This document shows positions 49,801 through 60,215 of a stretch of 64,000 bases of DNA, piece after piece (position 1 is the first letter of the stretch; every line of letters begins with the position of its first letter). This stretch comes from an uncultured bacterium (GTDB lineage Bacteria; Krumholzibacteriota; Krumholzibacteriia; Krumholzibacteriales; Krumholzibacteriaceae). Under the pieces are notes generated by a model. It was not told the origin of the DNA. It ran no database searches and saw only the letters and a program-made list of their open reading frames with translations. The stretch lies in contig CAWBAN010000001.1 in NCBI GenBank assembly GCA_963786935.1, positions 384,001-448,000 of the forward strand. Direction: 5' to 3'. Made by a program: the position numbers and the translations under genes.

Positions 49801-52784
49801 ATGGTGAACAATACGAGATCCACGAAGGCGGCGGCGGGATTCACGCTCGTCGAAATGATGGTCAGCGTGCTCGTGCTCGGTGTCGTTCTGATCGCGATGG
49901 CGGGTATCTTCACGCTCTTCCAGAAGAGCTCCGCCGAGACGAACGATTACGCCGGCGCGCAGCAGAACGCCCGCATCGCCGTCGATTTCATCACGAATCA
50001 CCTCCGGCAGGCGGGATCGCAGACCGATTACTTCCGCGGCCAGCAGCCCATCGTGCACGCGGGGCCGTACCAGGTGGCCATCAACGCCGACATCGACAAC
50101 CAGCAGACGATCGACGGATTGACCCCCCTCACGGCGCTCCGACGCGCGCTCTCCCCGAACCGGGTGCCGCCGTCGGGAACGACGCTCTACGCGCCTTCGG
50201 CGGATTACCAGTCGAACGCCGAGACGATCGTGCTGACCCTCGATTCGAATTCGGACGGCGTCATATCGGCGTCCGACCGGGGGGACGATCCCGAGGAGAC
50301 CGACCGCAACACGAATCTCTTCATGCTGAAGAAGGTCGTTTACGGACACTCGAACGGATCGAACGAGGTGCGCGAGACGGACCTCGCGCTCCTCCGCGGA
50401 CCCAATCTCGCCGCGACGTGGACGACGCCTCCGCCGCTCTTCCAGTACTGGTACGATCATGACAACAATCCGTCGACGGCGGACCGGCTCTGGGGGGACA
50501 CGAACGCGAACGGCGTTCTCGACACGGGCGAGATCATCTCGATAACGCCGGTGCCGCAGAACCTCCTGAGCACGATCAGAAAGATCAAGACGACGGCGAC
50601 GGCCGAATCGCAGAAATACAGCGTCAAATACGAAACGAACGGCGGATACCTGTCCGTGGCGATGACCTCGGAGGTCTTCGTGCGGAACTCGTCGCGCTCG
50701 ACCTCCACGATCTACGGCAAGGTCTATCACGACGTCGACAGCGACGGGGCGCCCGATCCGGGGGAAACGGGGATCCCGCGGGTCGAGATCCGCCTCACCG
50801 GCCAGAGCCGCTCCGTCCTCACGGACAACTTCGGAATGTTCTACTTTCCGCTTCCGGCCGGCAGCTACTCGCTGACCGAGGTTGATCCCCGGGCTACGCC
50901 TCGACGACGTCGAACATCGTGTCCGTCACGCTCACGTCCGGCCAGATGTCGATCATCAACTTCGGGGACCGCTCGACGACCCCGACGGGCAAGATCAGGG
51001 GGTACGTCTTCGAGGACCTCGATAAGAACGGCCTCAAGGGCGTCGGCGAGAACGGGCTGCGTGCGGTTCTGGTCTCGCTCGACAACGGGAGCCAGGTCCT
51101 GTCCGACACGACCGGCTTCTACTCCTTCGTCGTTCAGCGCGGCACCTACACGGTCGTCGAGACCGATCCGACGGGCTTCAGCTCCACGACGTCGAACTCG
51201 ATGACCGCCACGGTCGCCGCGGGCACGGATACGGTGACGGTGAATTTCGGCGATTTCGGCGCTCCCCTCTCGGGAACGCTGCAGGGATACGTCTACATCG
51301 ACGAGAACGAGGACGGCTACCGCGGAGGCGCCGAGGAGGGCGTTCCGAACGTCCTTCTCAAGGTCTCCAATGGCGATACCGCGGTCACGAACTCGAAAGG
51401 ATACTTCAAGTTCAACCTGCCGCCCGGCACGTACGACCTCACGGAAAAGGATCCCGACGGATACACCTCGACGACGGTGAACACGTACGCGGGCATCGTT
51501 ATCGTGGCCGACACGATGGTGACCCGCAACTTCGGCGATATCCTCGAGGTCAGACAGGACTTCGTCGAGATCCACATCTCGCACACGGACCGGGCGCTTT
51601 CGGTCGCCGCGGCCAACCTGGACGAGGACTCCAAGAACGACGTCGACATCGTTCTCGGTACGGCGCTCGTGACGGGCATCGGCAACATGCTCGTGTTCCA
51701 CAACAACTGGCAGACCTCCGCGACCCCCATCACCGAGCTCTTCCAGTCCGATCCGACGTATCGGCGCGACGCGGGGCAGAACGTCAACACCCTCGCCAAG
51801 CTCGATTTCAACGGGGACGGAACGATAGACGTTCTGAGCGGGCTCGATTACAGCACGGGGCAAAACCTCCAGGTCTGGTTCACCGGGACCGGCGGCGTTC
51901 TGAGCACGAGCCCCGACGCGGCGTACATGACGAGCGGCGCGAGCGTCGTCATGGATTCGAAGCTCGCCGACTTCGACAACGACGGCATCAAGGATCTCGT
52001 CGTCGCCCTGCGATCGTCCTTCGGAACCTATACCGGAGGATTCGAGACCTTCATCGGCGGCGGGGGCGGATCGTTCACCTCGCGGGAGTACATCACGATG
52101 GCGGGTCCGTCGGGCTCGATCAACCTGGGAGAGGTGTGGGCCGTCGATACCGGGGACATCGACGGAGACGGCGACGAGGACATCGTCATCGGCTCCCACA
52201 CGAACACGTACCTCGGGTGCATCGATATCTATCGCAACGACGGCACGGCGTCGGGCAACTTCACGTGGTACCAGCGCTACCTCTCCCGCTACGCCGTCAA
52301 CGATCTCAAGGTCATCGATATGATGGAGGACGACCAGGGCGATCCCGACATCATCGCCGCGACCTCGGCGGCCGTCAACAACGGATTGATATTCCTCTGG
52401 CTCAACACCGCCGGCACATTCGGCGTGCCCGATACGACCGGCTACGCGTTCCAGCCCGAGGAGACGCCGAACTGGCCCGACGATTGGGTGAACGCGCAGG
52501 GCGAGGCGCTGAGCCTCGGGGTGCTGCACGTGAACAACGACCTGTTCCCCGACATCGCGTACGGGACGAGGAACTCGGTCCTCTACACGGGGGACATCTA
52601 CATCCTGCCCGCGTACGGCACGCTTCCCGTGCTCGGACAGAAGATCAACCAGTCCGCTTCGGGCGAAATCATCACGATGGACGTCGCGGACTTCAACTGG
52701 GACAACAGGCCCGACATCGTCGTCGGGACGCGCACCTCGGCGACGCAGGGACGGCTCGTCGCCTATTTCGGCAAGGAGCGCTGA
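49801..52784 (+). CDS. PilW-like prepilin fused to three SdrD-B-like repeats and an FG-GAP/VCBS-repeat domain (~990 aa); apparent frameshift near 50890
   Basis: AAAG|FTLVEMM, QQNAR.A.D...LRQAG; three G.VY.D...DG...GE.G repeats; DFNGDG/DFDNDG/DIDGDG repeats. Confidence 0.8.
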
Positions 52785-52819
52785 ACCGGACCGTCCGCAA
52801 TCGGAAGGATTGGTACGCC

Positions 52820-54082
52820 ATGCGTGGAACGTTCAGACGGCATCTCGGCGGCGAAGACGGCAACGTGCTCGTCGTCACGCTCCTGATCCTGTTCGCGATC
52901 ACGGTGATCGGAGCGACCATGGCCATGGTCTCTTCCATGGATCTCAAGATCGCGGGCAACGGGCGCTCCTCGGCGCGGGCGCTCCCCGTCGCGGAAGCGG
53001 GGCTGAACGAGGCGATCCACCGGCTCTCGCTCCCGAATCCGACGACGATGACGGTCGCGGGATGGACGGGGAATGTGGCCCTCGGCGACGCCGAGCCGTA
53101 CAATCCCCTGTGGGAAGCGCGCATCTACCTCACGAGGCCCGGCTCGGCCCCGGCGGGAAACGCGAACCTCGTCACGACGGGGACGATTCAGAATCCCGCC
53201 GATCCGTACCTCCGGTACAGCGCGTCGTCCGGCACGGACGGCGTGCTCTCGATCCGGCACAAATGGCGCGACACAGACGGGGACAACACGCGGGACGCGA
53301 ACGAGATCGTCCGGTACGATCCGCTCCAGATCCCGCCCGAGAACCTGAACTCGGGATTCCCGGTCGAAGTGATCACGGTGACCGGCCGGGCGAGCGAAGG
53401 GATACGCATGATCCAGTCCGAGGTCACGAAGCGGACGATGCTCTGCCGCACCCTCGCCGCGCTCTACTGCGACAAGGCGGTCCGGCTCACCGGTAACTGC
53501 GCGTTCTGCGGATACAATCACGACATCAACACGCCCCCGGGCACCAAGCCCAACGCGTGCATCCCGTATCACCTCTCGAGCGCGCATCTGCCCGGCGTGA
53601 CGACGACGGGCGACAACGTGCAGGTGCAGGGAAGCGCCGGCGTGGCGGGAAATCCGCAACCCATCGATAAATCCGTCACGAATCCCTGGTATACCCTCGC
53701 CGAGGTTCTGGGACTCACGCAGGCCGAGGTCAACTCGCTGCTCGCCCAGGCCGATCACACCTCCATAACGAATCCGCTCAAGGGCGTCACGTACATAACC
53801 GGGGACGCGAAGATCAACAGCGCCCTGACCGGTGAGGGGCTCCTCTACGTGACGGGCGATCTTTCCGGGAGCGGCGGCTTCCAGTACAAGGGGCTCATCT
53901 ATGTCGAGGGGGACATCAAGCTGACCGGCACGCCGTGGATTCTCGGCAGCGTGATCTGCAAAGGCACCTCCGATTTCAACTTCAGCGCCGGCAACGCCGG
54001 CGTCCTGTACAGCAAGGACGCCCTGACGACGTACCTGAGCCAGGCGCTCCCCTGCATCGTGCTCTCGTGGCGCGAGATGTAG
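52820..54082 (+). CDS. PilX-like pilus assembly protein
   Basis: EDG|NVLVVTLLIL (no Glu5), A...AEAGL.EA motif, G.LYVTGD beta-helix-like C-terminus ending SWRE. Confidence 0.82.
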   Translation: MRGTFRRHLGGEDGNVLVVTLLILFAITVIGATMAMVSSMDLKIAGNGRSSARALPVAEAGLNEAIHRLSLPNPTTMTVAGWTGNVALGDAEPYNPLWEARIYLTRPGSAPAGNANLVTTGTIQNPADPYLRYSASSGTDGVLSIRHKWRDTDGDNTRDANEIVRYDPLQIPPENLNSGFPVEVITVTGRASEGIRMIQSEVTKRTMLCRTLAALYCDKAVRLTGNCAFCGYNHDINTPPGTKPNACIPYHLSSAHLPGVTTTGDNVQVQGSAGVAGNPQPIDKSVTNPWYTLAEVLGLTQAEVNSLLAQADHTSITNPLKGVTYITGDAKINSALTGEGLLYVTGDLSGSGGFQYKGLIYVEGDIKLTGTPWILGSVICKGTSDFNFSAGNAGVLYSKDALTTYLSQALPCIVLSWREM

Positions 54083-54240
54083 GGCTCGAATCGCGACTTC
54101 GACGCCGGGGCGCCCCGCGGCGCCCCGGCATCCCCGCAATCCCTTATCGTATTGACAAGTGACCGAGCGCATGATTATATGTTGTGGTGCCCCCACCGGG
54201 TAACGCGAGTATCTTCGGGCGGTTATCAAGGAAAGGCGAT

Positions 54241-54951
54241 ATGAGGAAACTCATTGTTCTTTTGGCGGTTATGCTTGTTCTGGGCGCCGGCTGCAAGCCG
54301 CCGCACCCGTCGATCGTGAAGAGCGATCCGTCGTTCGACCCGAACGTCGTGAGCGGAGTTCTCATCGCGCCGGCGATAAGCACGATCGCCGAGATGGAGG
54401 ACCCGAGACTGTTGGCAGAGCCGACGACGAACAGGATGCTCGCCGAGCAGCTCGGCGAGCGGACCGATTACAAATTCATATCGGCCGAGCAGTTCAAGGG
54501 GGCCGTCATGCGGGGCAAGCTCCAGGACCGGTACGCCGCCTTCAGGGATCTGTGGGGAGACAAGCGCGAGCTCGACGCGGATTTCCTGCGGCAGCTTCAG
54601 AAGGAGCTGAACGTCGAGACGGTTCTCATTCCCCACGTGTACCTGTGGCACAAGGACGAGGCGGATTATCGAGAGCGTGCCACGGCGTCCGCGACGCAGG
54701 TCGGCATAACGCTCACGCTCGTCGAGATGGCGACGGGAAAGATCCTCTGGGAGGGAACCGACGAGAACTACAAGGAATCGGTGCGCAGCGAGGATCGGGA
54801 GGTCATCACGACCGGCGGCATGGACCGGCGGGTGGAGGGAGTCAGCGCGACGGGAGACGACCAGTACGCCGCTCCCCCGTACGATGACGTCGTGATTCTC
54901 GTGCTCCAGTCGCTCGTGGGAGCGCTTCCGGAACGCACCGCGACCCGTTGA
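54241..54951 (+). CDS. Hypothetical lipoprotein
   Basis: MRKLIVLLAVMLVLGAGC lipobox; L.LVEM.TG.ILW motif. Confidence 0.72.
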   Translation: MRKLIVLLAVMLVLGAGCKPPHPSIVKSDPSFDPNVVSGVLIAPAISTIAEMEDPRLLAEPTTNRMLAEQLGERTDYKFISAEQFKGAVMRGKLQDRYAAFRDLWGDKRELDADFLRQLQKELNVETVLIPHVYLWHKDEADYRERATASATQVGITLTLVEMATGKILWEGTDENYKESVRSEDREVITTGGMDRRVEGVSATGDDQYAAPPYDDVVILVLQSLVGALPERTATR

Positions 54952-55403
54952 TGGACGACGAGCGGTGGATGGGGGAGGCGCTCGCGGAAGCCGCGAAGGC
55001 CTTCCGGATGAAAGAGGTTCCCATCGGGGCCGTCGTCGTGAAGGACGGCGCCGTCATCGCCCGGGGATGCAATCGGGTCGAGGCGAAGGGGCGGGCCACG
55101 GCGCACGCCGAGATCATCGCCGTCGACGCGGCGTCCCGGGCTCTCGGCGACTGGCGCCTCGACGGATGCACCGTTTACGTCACCGTCGAACCGTGCCACA
55201 TGTGCATGGGGGCGTTCTATCTCTCCCGGGTGGCGCGCGTCGTGTTCGGGGCGAAGCAGCCGCGGAGCGGCGCCTGCGGGTCTGTCGACGATTTTCACGA
55301 GGCGGAGCTCTTCAGCCACCGCATCGAGGTCATCGGGGGGGTGCGGGAGGAAGAGAGCCTCGCGCTTCTGCGCGAGTTTTTCGAGAAGGTGCGTTCGGAG
55401 TAG
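54948..55403 (+). CDS. tadA: tRNA-specific adenosine(34) deaminase
   Basis: EVPIGAV, TAHAEI, WRL.GC.VYVT.EPC.MC.GA. Confidence 0.94.
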   Translation: MMDDERWMGEALAEAAKAFRMKEVPIGAVVVKDGAVIARGCNRVEAKGRATAHAEIIAVDAASRALGDWRLDGCTVYVTVEPCHMCMGAFYLSRVARVVFGAKQPRSGACGSVDDFHEAELFSHRIEVIGGVREEESLALLREFFEKVRSE

Positions 55404-55411
55404 CGATAAAC

Positions 55412-55503
55412 GGAGAGATGCGAGAGCTGGCTTAATCGGCACGATTGGAAATCGTGTGTGGGAGAAATACCCACCGAGGGTTCGAATCCCTCTCTCTCCG
55501 CCA
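55412..55503 (+). tRNA. tRNA-Ser(GGA)
   Basis: GGAGAGA/TCTCTCC-G-CCA, CACGA-TTGGAAA-TCGTG, long variable arm. Confidence 0.95.
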
Positions 55504-55553
55504 GTATAAACCGGGGCCGCCGCCGGGCGGCCGGCCGGATGCGGACAATGCGC

Positions 55554-55643
55554 GGAGAGATGCCAGAGTGGTTGAATGGGACGGTCTCGAAAACCGTTGA
55601 GCTGGTTTCAGCTCCGAGGGTTCGAATCCCTCTCTCTCCGCCA
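55554..55643 (+). tRNA. tRNA-Ser(CGA)
   Basis: GGAGAGA/TCTCTCC-G-CCA, ACGGT-CTCGAAA-ACCGT, long variable arm. Confidence 0.95.
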
Positions 55644-55694
55644 TGAAATGCCTTGCCGTCGGCGATGAAAAACGGTAATAGTTAGTGTCAGGGT

Positions 55695-55770
55695 GGGGAT
55701 GTAGCTCAGCTGGGAGAGCACCTCGTTCGCAACGAGGGGGTCGTCGGTTCGAACCCGATCATCTCCACCA
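55695..55770 (+). tRNA. tRNA-Ala(CGC)
   Basis: GGGGATG/CATCTCC-A-CCA with G3:U70, CCTCG-TTCGCAA-CGAGG. Confidence 0.95.
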
Positions 55771-55782
55771 AATTATTTTTTC

Positions 55783-56058
55783 GGGGATCGTGCTAGACGG
55801 GGAGGTAGCGGTGCCCTGTACCCGCAAACCGCTATAGCGGGGTCGAATTCCTGTCCGAGGGAGCGTGGTTCTCGAGCGATCGACGACGGAACGTGGCGTT
55901 GATGGTCAGGTCCCGCGCAATGGGAACCTGCCAACCCCGTCAGGACCGGAAGGTAGCAGCGGTACGCAGCCATTCCCATGTGCCGCGGATTTCCCTGGCA
56001 GGAGCTAACCCCGTTGTAAGAGCCGAGGGCGCCTTACAGAGCCGGGTGCACGATCTCC
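55783..56058 (+). ncRNA. ffs: Signal recognition particle RNA, large (Alu-domain-containing) type
   Basis: 5' CGTGCTAGACGGGGAGGTAGCGGTGCCCTGTACC Alu-like start; domain IV TCAGGACCGGAAGGTAGCAGC; ends pair (GGGGATCGTGC/GCACGATCTCC); between tadA and dnaX. Confidence 0.93.
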
Positions 56059-56087
56059 TACGAAACCGCAACTGAAGGCGCTCGATC

Positions 56088-58034
56088 ATGTCCTATCTCG
56101 TTCTCGCCCGGAAATGGAGACCGCAGGTATTCTCCGAGGTCGTCGGCCAGGAGCACATCACCGAAACGCTCAAGAACGCCTTCGAGAAGGGGCGCGTCGC
56201 GCACGCCTACCTCTTCTCGGGCCCGCGGGGATGCGGGAAGACGACGACCGCGCGCATCCTGGCCAAGATCGTCAACTGCGAGAAGCCCCGGGGGAGCGAG
56301 CCGTGCAACGAGTGCGCCTCGTGCGAAGCGGTCGCGGCGGGGCGGCACCTCGACGTCATCGAGATCGACGGCGCCTCGAACCGCGGCATCGACGAGATCC
56401 GCGACCTCCGCGAAAAGATCAGCTACGCCCCGTCTCAGGGGCGCTCGAAGGTCTACATCATCGACGAAGTGCACATGCTGACGCCGCAGGCGTTCAACGC
56501 GCTCCTCAAGACCCTCGAGGAGCCGCCGGCGCACGTGTATCTCGTGTTCGCGACGACCGAGCCGCACAAGGTTCCGACGACCATTCTCTCCCGCTGCCAG
56601 CGGTTCAATTTCAAGCGGCTCGAGCTGAAGGAGATCGCCTCGCAGCTCGAGAAGATCTGCACCCGCGAGAAGGTGAAGTTCGAAGGGGAGGCGCTCACGC
56701 TCATCGCGCGGCGCGCCGAGGGGAGCATGCGCGACGGGCAGAGCCTCCTCGACCAGTGTCTCGCCGCGAGCGAGGGGGTGGTGGATCTCGCGCTCGCCAG
56801 ACGCGTGCTCGGCCTCGTCGATTCGCAGCTCGTCATCGATCTCCTCAGGGCGATCGGCGGGCGCGACCGCAGGGCGGCGCTCGCGATCGTCGACCGCGCC
56901 GTCGACTCGGGGCTCGATCTCGAGGAGCTCTATCTCGCCTACGTCGAAGGGCTCCGCAACCTCCTCGTCCTCAGCGTCGAGGAGAAGGGAGCCGCGGAGT
57001 TCCTGGATCTCTCGCAGGGGGAGATGGCCGAGCTCGTCGCCATCGGGAAGACCTTCAGGACCGAGGACCTGCTCTACCTGTTCCGCGGCGCGGCGCGGAT
57101 CTATCGCGACCTCAAGACCTCGGGCCAGCCGCGCTATGTCCTCGAGGCCGCGCTCATGGAGGCGGCTTCGTGGGAGTCCGCCGTCGAGGTCTCGGAGCTC
57201 CTCAAGCGCCTCGATTCGACGGGGGGCGCTCCGGGCCCCGGGGGAATCATTCGCCGGGCGTCTTCGCCGGCGGCCCCTGAGACGGGCGCGCCGCCGGCTC
57301 GCGCGGAGGGCTCTCGCACCGAAGCGGCCCGTTTCGCGGCGGCCCGGCCCGAAGCGGCGCGGACCGACGCGCCGATCGCGCCCCGTCCCGACGCGGCTTT
57401 GCCCGCGAGCGCCCGCGTGGACGCGGCGGCGCCGGAAGTCGCCGCGACGGCGATCGCCCCGCCTCCCGCGGGCGCATTCGCCCGCGTCGACACCTCCGCG
57501 GCGAGCGTCCCGCGAACGGCCGAGGAGGACCGGATCCTTCGCGAGCTCGGCGGGAAAGAGGCGTGGGAGCGGTTCCTCGCGCAGATCCGCGAAACGAAGC
57601 TCACGCTCGGCATCTGGCTCGGCTCCGCGCGCGCCGACCGGTTCTCGGGGAACGTGCTCGGTCTGTCGTTCAGCCCGCAGAACCGCTTCGCGCGGGAGAT
57701 GGTGCTCGAGGAGAAGAACAGGCGCTTCATCGAATACCATCTCGAACGGTTTTTCGGAAAGAAGATCATCATCGAGGCGCTCGAGCACTTCGAGGCCGGC
57801 GACGGCCGAACGCCCGGCGCGGAGGGGCGCGAGGCCCCGGGCGCCGAGGGCGGAAGCGCCGCCGGGCCGAAAGCCGCCGGCCCCCGCGCGCCGGCCGCCG
57901 CGAAGCAGGCGGCGCAGCAAAAGCCCCCGGGGCGCGCCCACGATCCCGCGCTCGAAACGATCGCGAACGGCTCGGCCGCGATCCGGCGCCTCATCGACGA
58001 ATTCGACGGAGAGCTCTTCAAGGAATCGAAGTAG
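56088..58034 (+). CDS. dnaX: DNA polymerase III subunit gamma/tau
   Basis: LARKWRP, GPRGCGKTT, EIDGASN, IIDEVHML, AFNALLKTLEEPP, SRC; long Ala/Pro linker. Confidence 0.96.
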   Translation: MSYLVLARKWRPQVFSEVVGQEHITETLKNAFEKGRVAHAYLFSGPRGCGKTTTARILAKIVNCEKPRGSEPCNECASCEAVAAGRHLDVIEIDGASNRGIDEIRDLREKISYAPSQGRSKVYIIDEVHMLTPQAFNALLKTLEEPPAHVYLVFATTEPHKVPTTILSRCQRFNFKRLELKEIASQLEKICTREKVKFEGEALTLIARRAEGSMRDGQSLLDQCLAASEGVVDLALARRVLGLVDSQLVIDLLRAIGGRDRRAALAIVDRAVDSGLDLEELYLAYVEGLRNLLVLSVEEKGAAEFLDLSQGEMAELVAIGKTFRTEDLLYLFRGAARIYRDLKTSGQPRYVLEAALMEAASWESAVEVSELLKRLDSTGGAPGPGGIIRRASSPAAPETGAPPARAEGSRTEAARFAAARPEAARTDAPIAPRPDAALPASARVDAAAPEVAATAIAPPPAGAFARVDTSAASVPRTAEEDRILRELGGKEAWERFLAQIRETKLTLGIWLGSARADRFSGNVLGLSFSPQNRFAREMVLEEKNRRFIEYHLERFFGKKIIIEALEHFEAGDGRTPGAEGREAPGAEGGSAAGPKAAGPRAPAAAKQAAQQKPPGRAHDPALETIANGSAAIRRLIDEFDGELFKESK

Positions 58035-58052
58035 AACCGGAGGCATCGGGGA

Positions 58053-58364
58053 ATGAAGGACATGGGAAAGCTCATCAAACAGGCGCAGCAGATGCAGGAG
58101 CGGCTGGCCGAAATGCAGGCACGCCTTGCCGAGAAAACGGTCGAAGCCACCGCCGGCGGCGGCGTGGTGAAAGCGGTCATGAACGGCAAGCACGAGGTCG
58201 TTTCGATCAAAATCGATCCGGAAGTCGTGAATCCGGCCGACGTCGAGATGCTCGAGGACCTCATCATCGCGGCTCTCAGCGAGGCCCGCACCCGCGTGGA
58301 CGATATGGTACGCAACGAGATGAGCGCGCTCACCGGGGGGCTCCCCATTCCCGGGCTTTTCTGA
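58053..58364 (+). CDS. ybaB: YbaB/EbfC nucleoid-associated protein
   Basis: KQAQQMQ, AGGG.V, D.EMLEDLI.AA, GLPIPGLF. Confidence 0.95.
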   Translation: MKDMGKLIKQAQQMQERLAEMQARLAEKTVEATAGGGVVKAVMNGKHEVVSIKIDPEVVNPADVEMLEDLIIAALSEARTRVDDMVRNEMSALTGGLPIPGLF

Positions 58365-58461
58365 CCCTCCGGGCGCGGACGAGCCCTTTTTCCCCGAAAA
58401 GGCAACTTTTTTGCCCCCTTTCGCTTTAAGGCAAGGTTTTTGCTAAAAAGGAGATACGGGA

Positions 58462-59061
58462 ATGATTTACGGCCTACCGCTCCTCCAGGCGCTCGTGGAC
58501 CATTTCAGGAAACTGCCGGGAGTGGGCGAAAAAACGGCGCGGAGACTGGCATTTTCGGTGCTGGACATGGATGCCGGGGAGGTCAGGCAGTTTGCCGAAG
58601 CGCTCTTGCAGGCCAAGCAGAGGATTGGAAAATGCACGAGGTGCGGAAACCTCGCGGAGACGGAGCTCTGCCCGATCTGCTCGGACGAACGGCGCAACGG
58701 GACCATCCTATGCGTGGTTGAACGGCCGGCCGACCTTCTTGTTCTCGAGGGCTCCGGTCAGTTCCGGGGCCGCTATCACGTATTGCACGGGGTCCTTTCA
58801 CCCCTTGATGGCGTGGGACCGGGAGATCTGAATCTCGACGCGCTCGAGCGCCGGGTGCGGGAGGAAGGCATTCAGGAGGTCATCGTCGCGACGAACCCGA
58901 GCATCGAAGGGGACACGACGTCGCTCTATATCGCGAATATATTGAGAAAATACGGCGTCAAGGTGACGAGGCCGGCGAGAGGCCTTCCGATCGGGAGCGC
59001 CCTCGAGTACGTCGACCGCGGAACCATCACCAAGGCCCTGGAGGGCCGGGAGCAGATCTGA
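58462..59061 (+). CDS. recR: Recombination mediator RecR
   Basis: LPGVG.KTA.RLA, C..C...C.IC, YHVL.G.LSP, ATNP..EG, ARG.P.G. Confidence 0.96.
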   Translation: MIYGLPLLQALVDHFRKLPGVGEKTARRLAFSVLDMDAGEVRQFAEALLQAKQRIGKCTRCGNLAETELCPICSDERRNGTILCVVERPADLLVLEGSGQFRGRYHVLHGVLSPLDGVGPGDLNLDALERRVREEGIQEVIVATNPSIEGDTTSLYIANILRKYGVKVTRPARGLPIGSALEYVDRGTITKALEGREQI

Positions 59062-59090
59062 CCGGGGCCTGAAACAAAGCGAGAGCTCAC

Positions 59091-59588
59091 ATGGTCAGAA
59101 CGAACTGGAAGGTATTCGAAGAGGATTACTGGGCGATCAACACGATCCTCCAGGAGCTCCTCAAGAACTCGAACTCCTCGAGCGTGATCCTCCTCGACAA
59201 AACGGGGCAGCTCATCTCGAGCATCGGGGAGCCGCCGCAGTTCGACATGCACAGCTTCGCCTCGCTCTGCGCGGCCGATTTCGAGGCGAACGCGCAGCTC
59301 GCCGTCCTCATCGGGGAGAAGGATTTCTCGACCCTGTACCATCAGGGATCGAACGAGAGCATGTACCTGGCCCGCGTCGAAAACAACATCATCCTCGTGA
59401 TCCTCTTCGACAAGCGGACGACGCTCGGGCTCGTGCGGCTGCGCGCGAAGAAGGCGCTCGACAACCTCGAGACGGTGGTCCGGCGCCTCTACGGGAAGCT
59501 CGAGTACGAAAACGAGGAGAACTCGGAGTTCAACGAGGAGTTCGTGCAGCAGGCCGAGGTGGAAATAGACAGTCTCTTTACCGATTAG
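59091..59588 (+). CDS. mglB: MglB roadblock/LC7 GTPase-activating protein
   Basis: LLDK.GQLI, SFASL.A, LA.LIGE.DF, FD.RTTLGLVRLR; adjacent to mglA. Confidence 0.9.
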   Translation: MVRTNWKVFEEDYWAINTILQELLKNSNSSSVILLDKTGQLISSIGEPPQFDMHSFASLCAADFEANAQLAVLIGEKDFSTLYHQGSNESMYLARVENNIILVILFDKRTTLGLVRLRAKKALDNLETVVRRLYGKLEYENEENSEFNEEFVQQAEVEIDSLFTD

Positions 59589-59600
59589 CGGAGGCTTCCG

Positions 59601-60179
59601 TTGTCGCTGATTAATTACTCGTCCCGCGAGATCAACGTCAAGATCGTCTACTACGGCCCCGGGCTGTGCGGGAAAACGACCAACATCCAGTACATCTACG
59701 ACAAGGTGTCCCCCGACACCAAGGGAAAGCTCATCACGCTCGCGACCGAGATGGACCGCACGCTCTTCTTCGATTTCCTGCCGCTCGAGCTCGGCAAGGT
59801 GAAGGGATTCCGGACGCGCTTCCATCTGTACACGGTGCCCGGCCAGATCTACTACGACGCGAGCCGGAAGCTCATCCTCCGCGGCGTCGACGGGATCATC
59901 TTCGTCGCCGACTCGCAGCGGAGCCGCTACGACGCGAATATCGAGAGCCTCTACAACCTCCACGAGAACCTCGGCGAGTACCAGCTCAAGGTCGAGGACA
60001 TTCCCTACGCGATCCAGTACAACAAGCGCGACCTCCCCGACGTCATCGACGTGAAGGACCTCGAGGAGGAGCTCAACCCGAAGCACTACCCGTCGTTCGA
60101 GGCGGTGGCGGTGAAGGGCGCCGGCGTGTTCGACACGCTCAAGGCCGTCGCCAAGTCGGTGCTGAGGAACCTCTCGTAG
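59601..60179 (+). CDS. mglA: MglA small Ras-like GTPase
   Basis: INYSSREIN.KIVYYGPGLCGKTTN, RTLFFDFLP, TVPGQ, YNKRD. Confidence 0.95.
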   Translation: MSLINYSSREINVKIVYYGPGLCGKTTNIQYIYDKVSPDTKGKLITLATEMDRTLFFDFLPLELGKVKGFRTRFHLYTVPGQIYYDASRKLILRGVDGIIFVADSQRSRYDANIESLYNLHENLGEYQLKVEDIPYAIQYNKRDLPDVIDVKDLEEELNPKHYPSFEAVAVKGAGVFDTLKAVAKSVLRNLS

Positions 60180-60215
60180 CAGCTTTCCGCCCAATCGAAT
60201 CCAGCACGCGGGGCG

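Noticed and set aside
57200..57540. Programmed frameshift or repeat element in the dnaX linker
   Set aside because: No A-AAA-AAG or long A-run slippery site seen; it is an ordinary low-complexity Ala/Pro linker in an uninterrupted frame.
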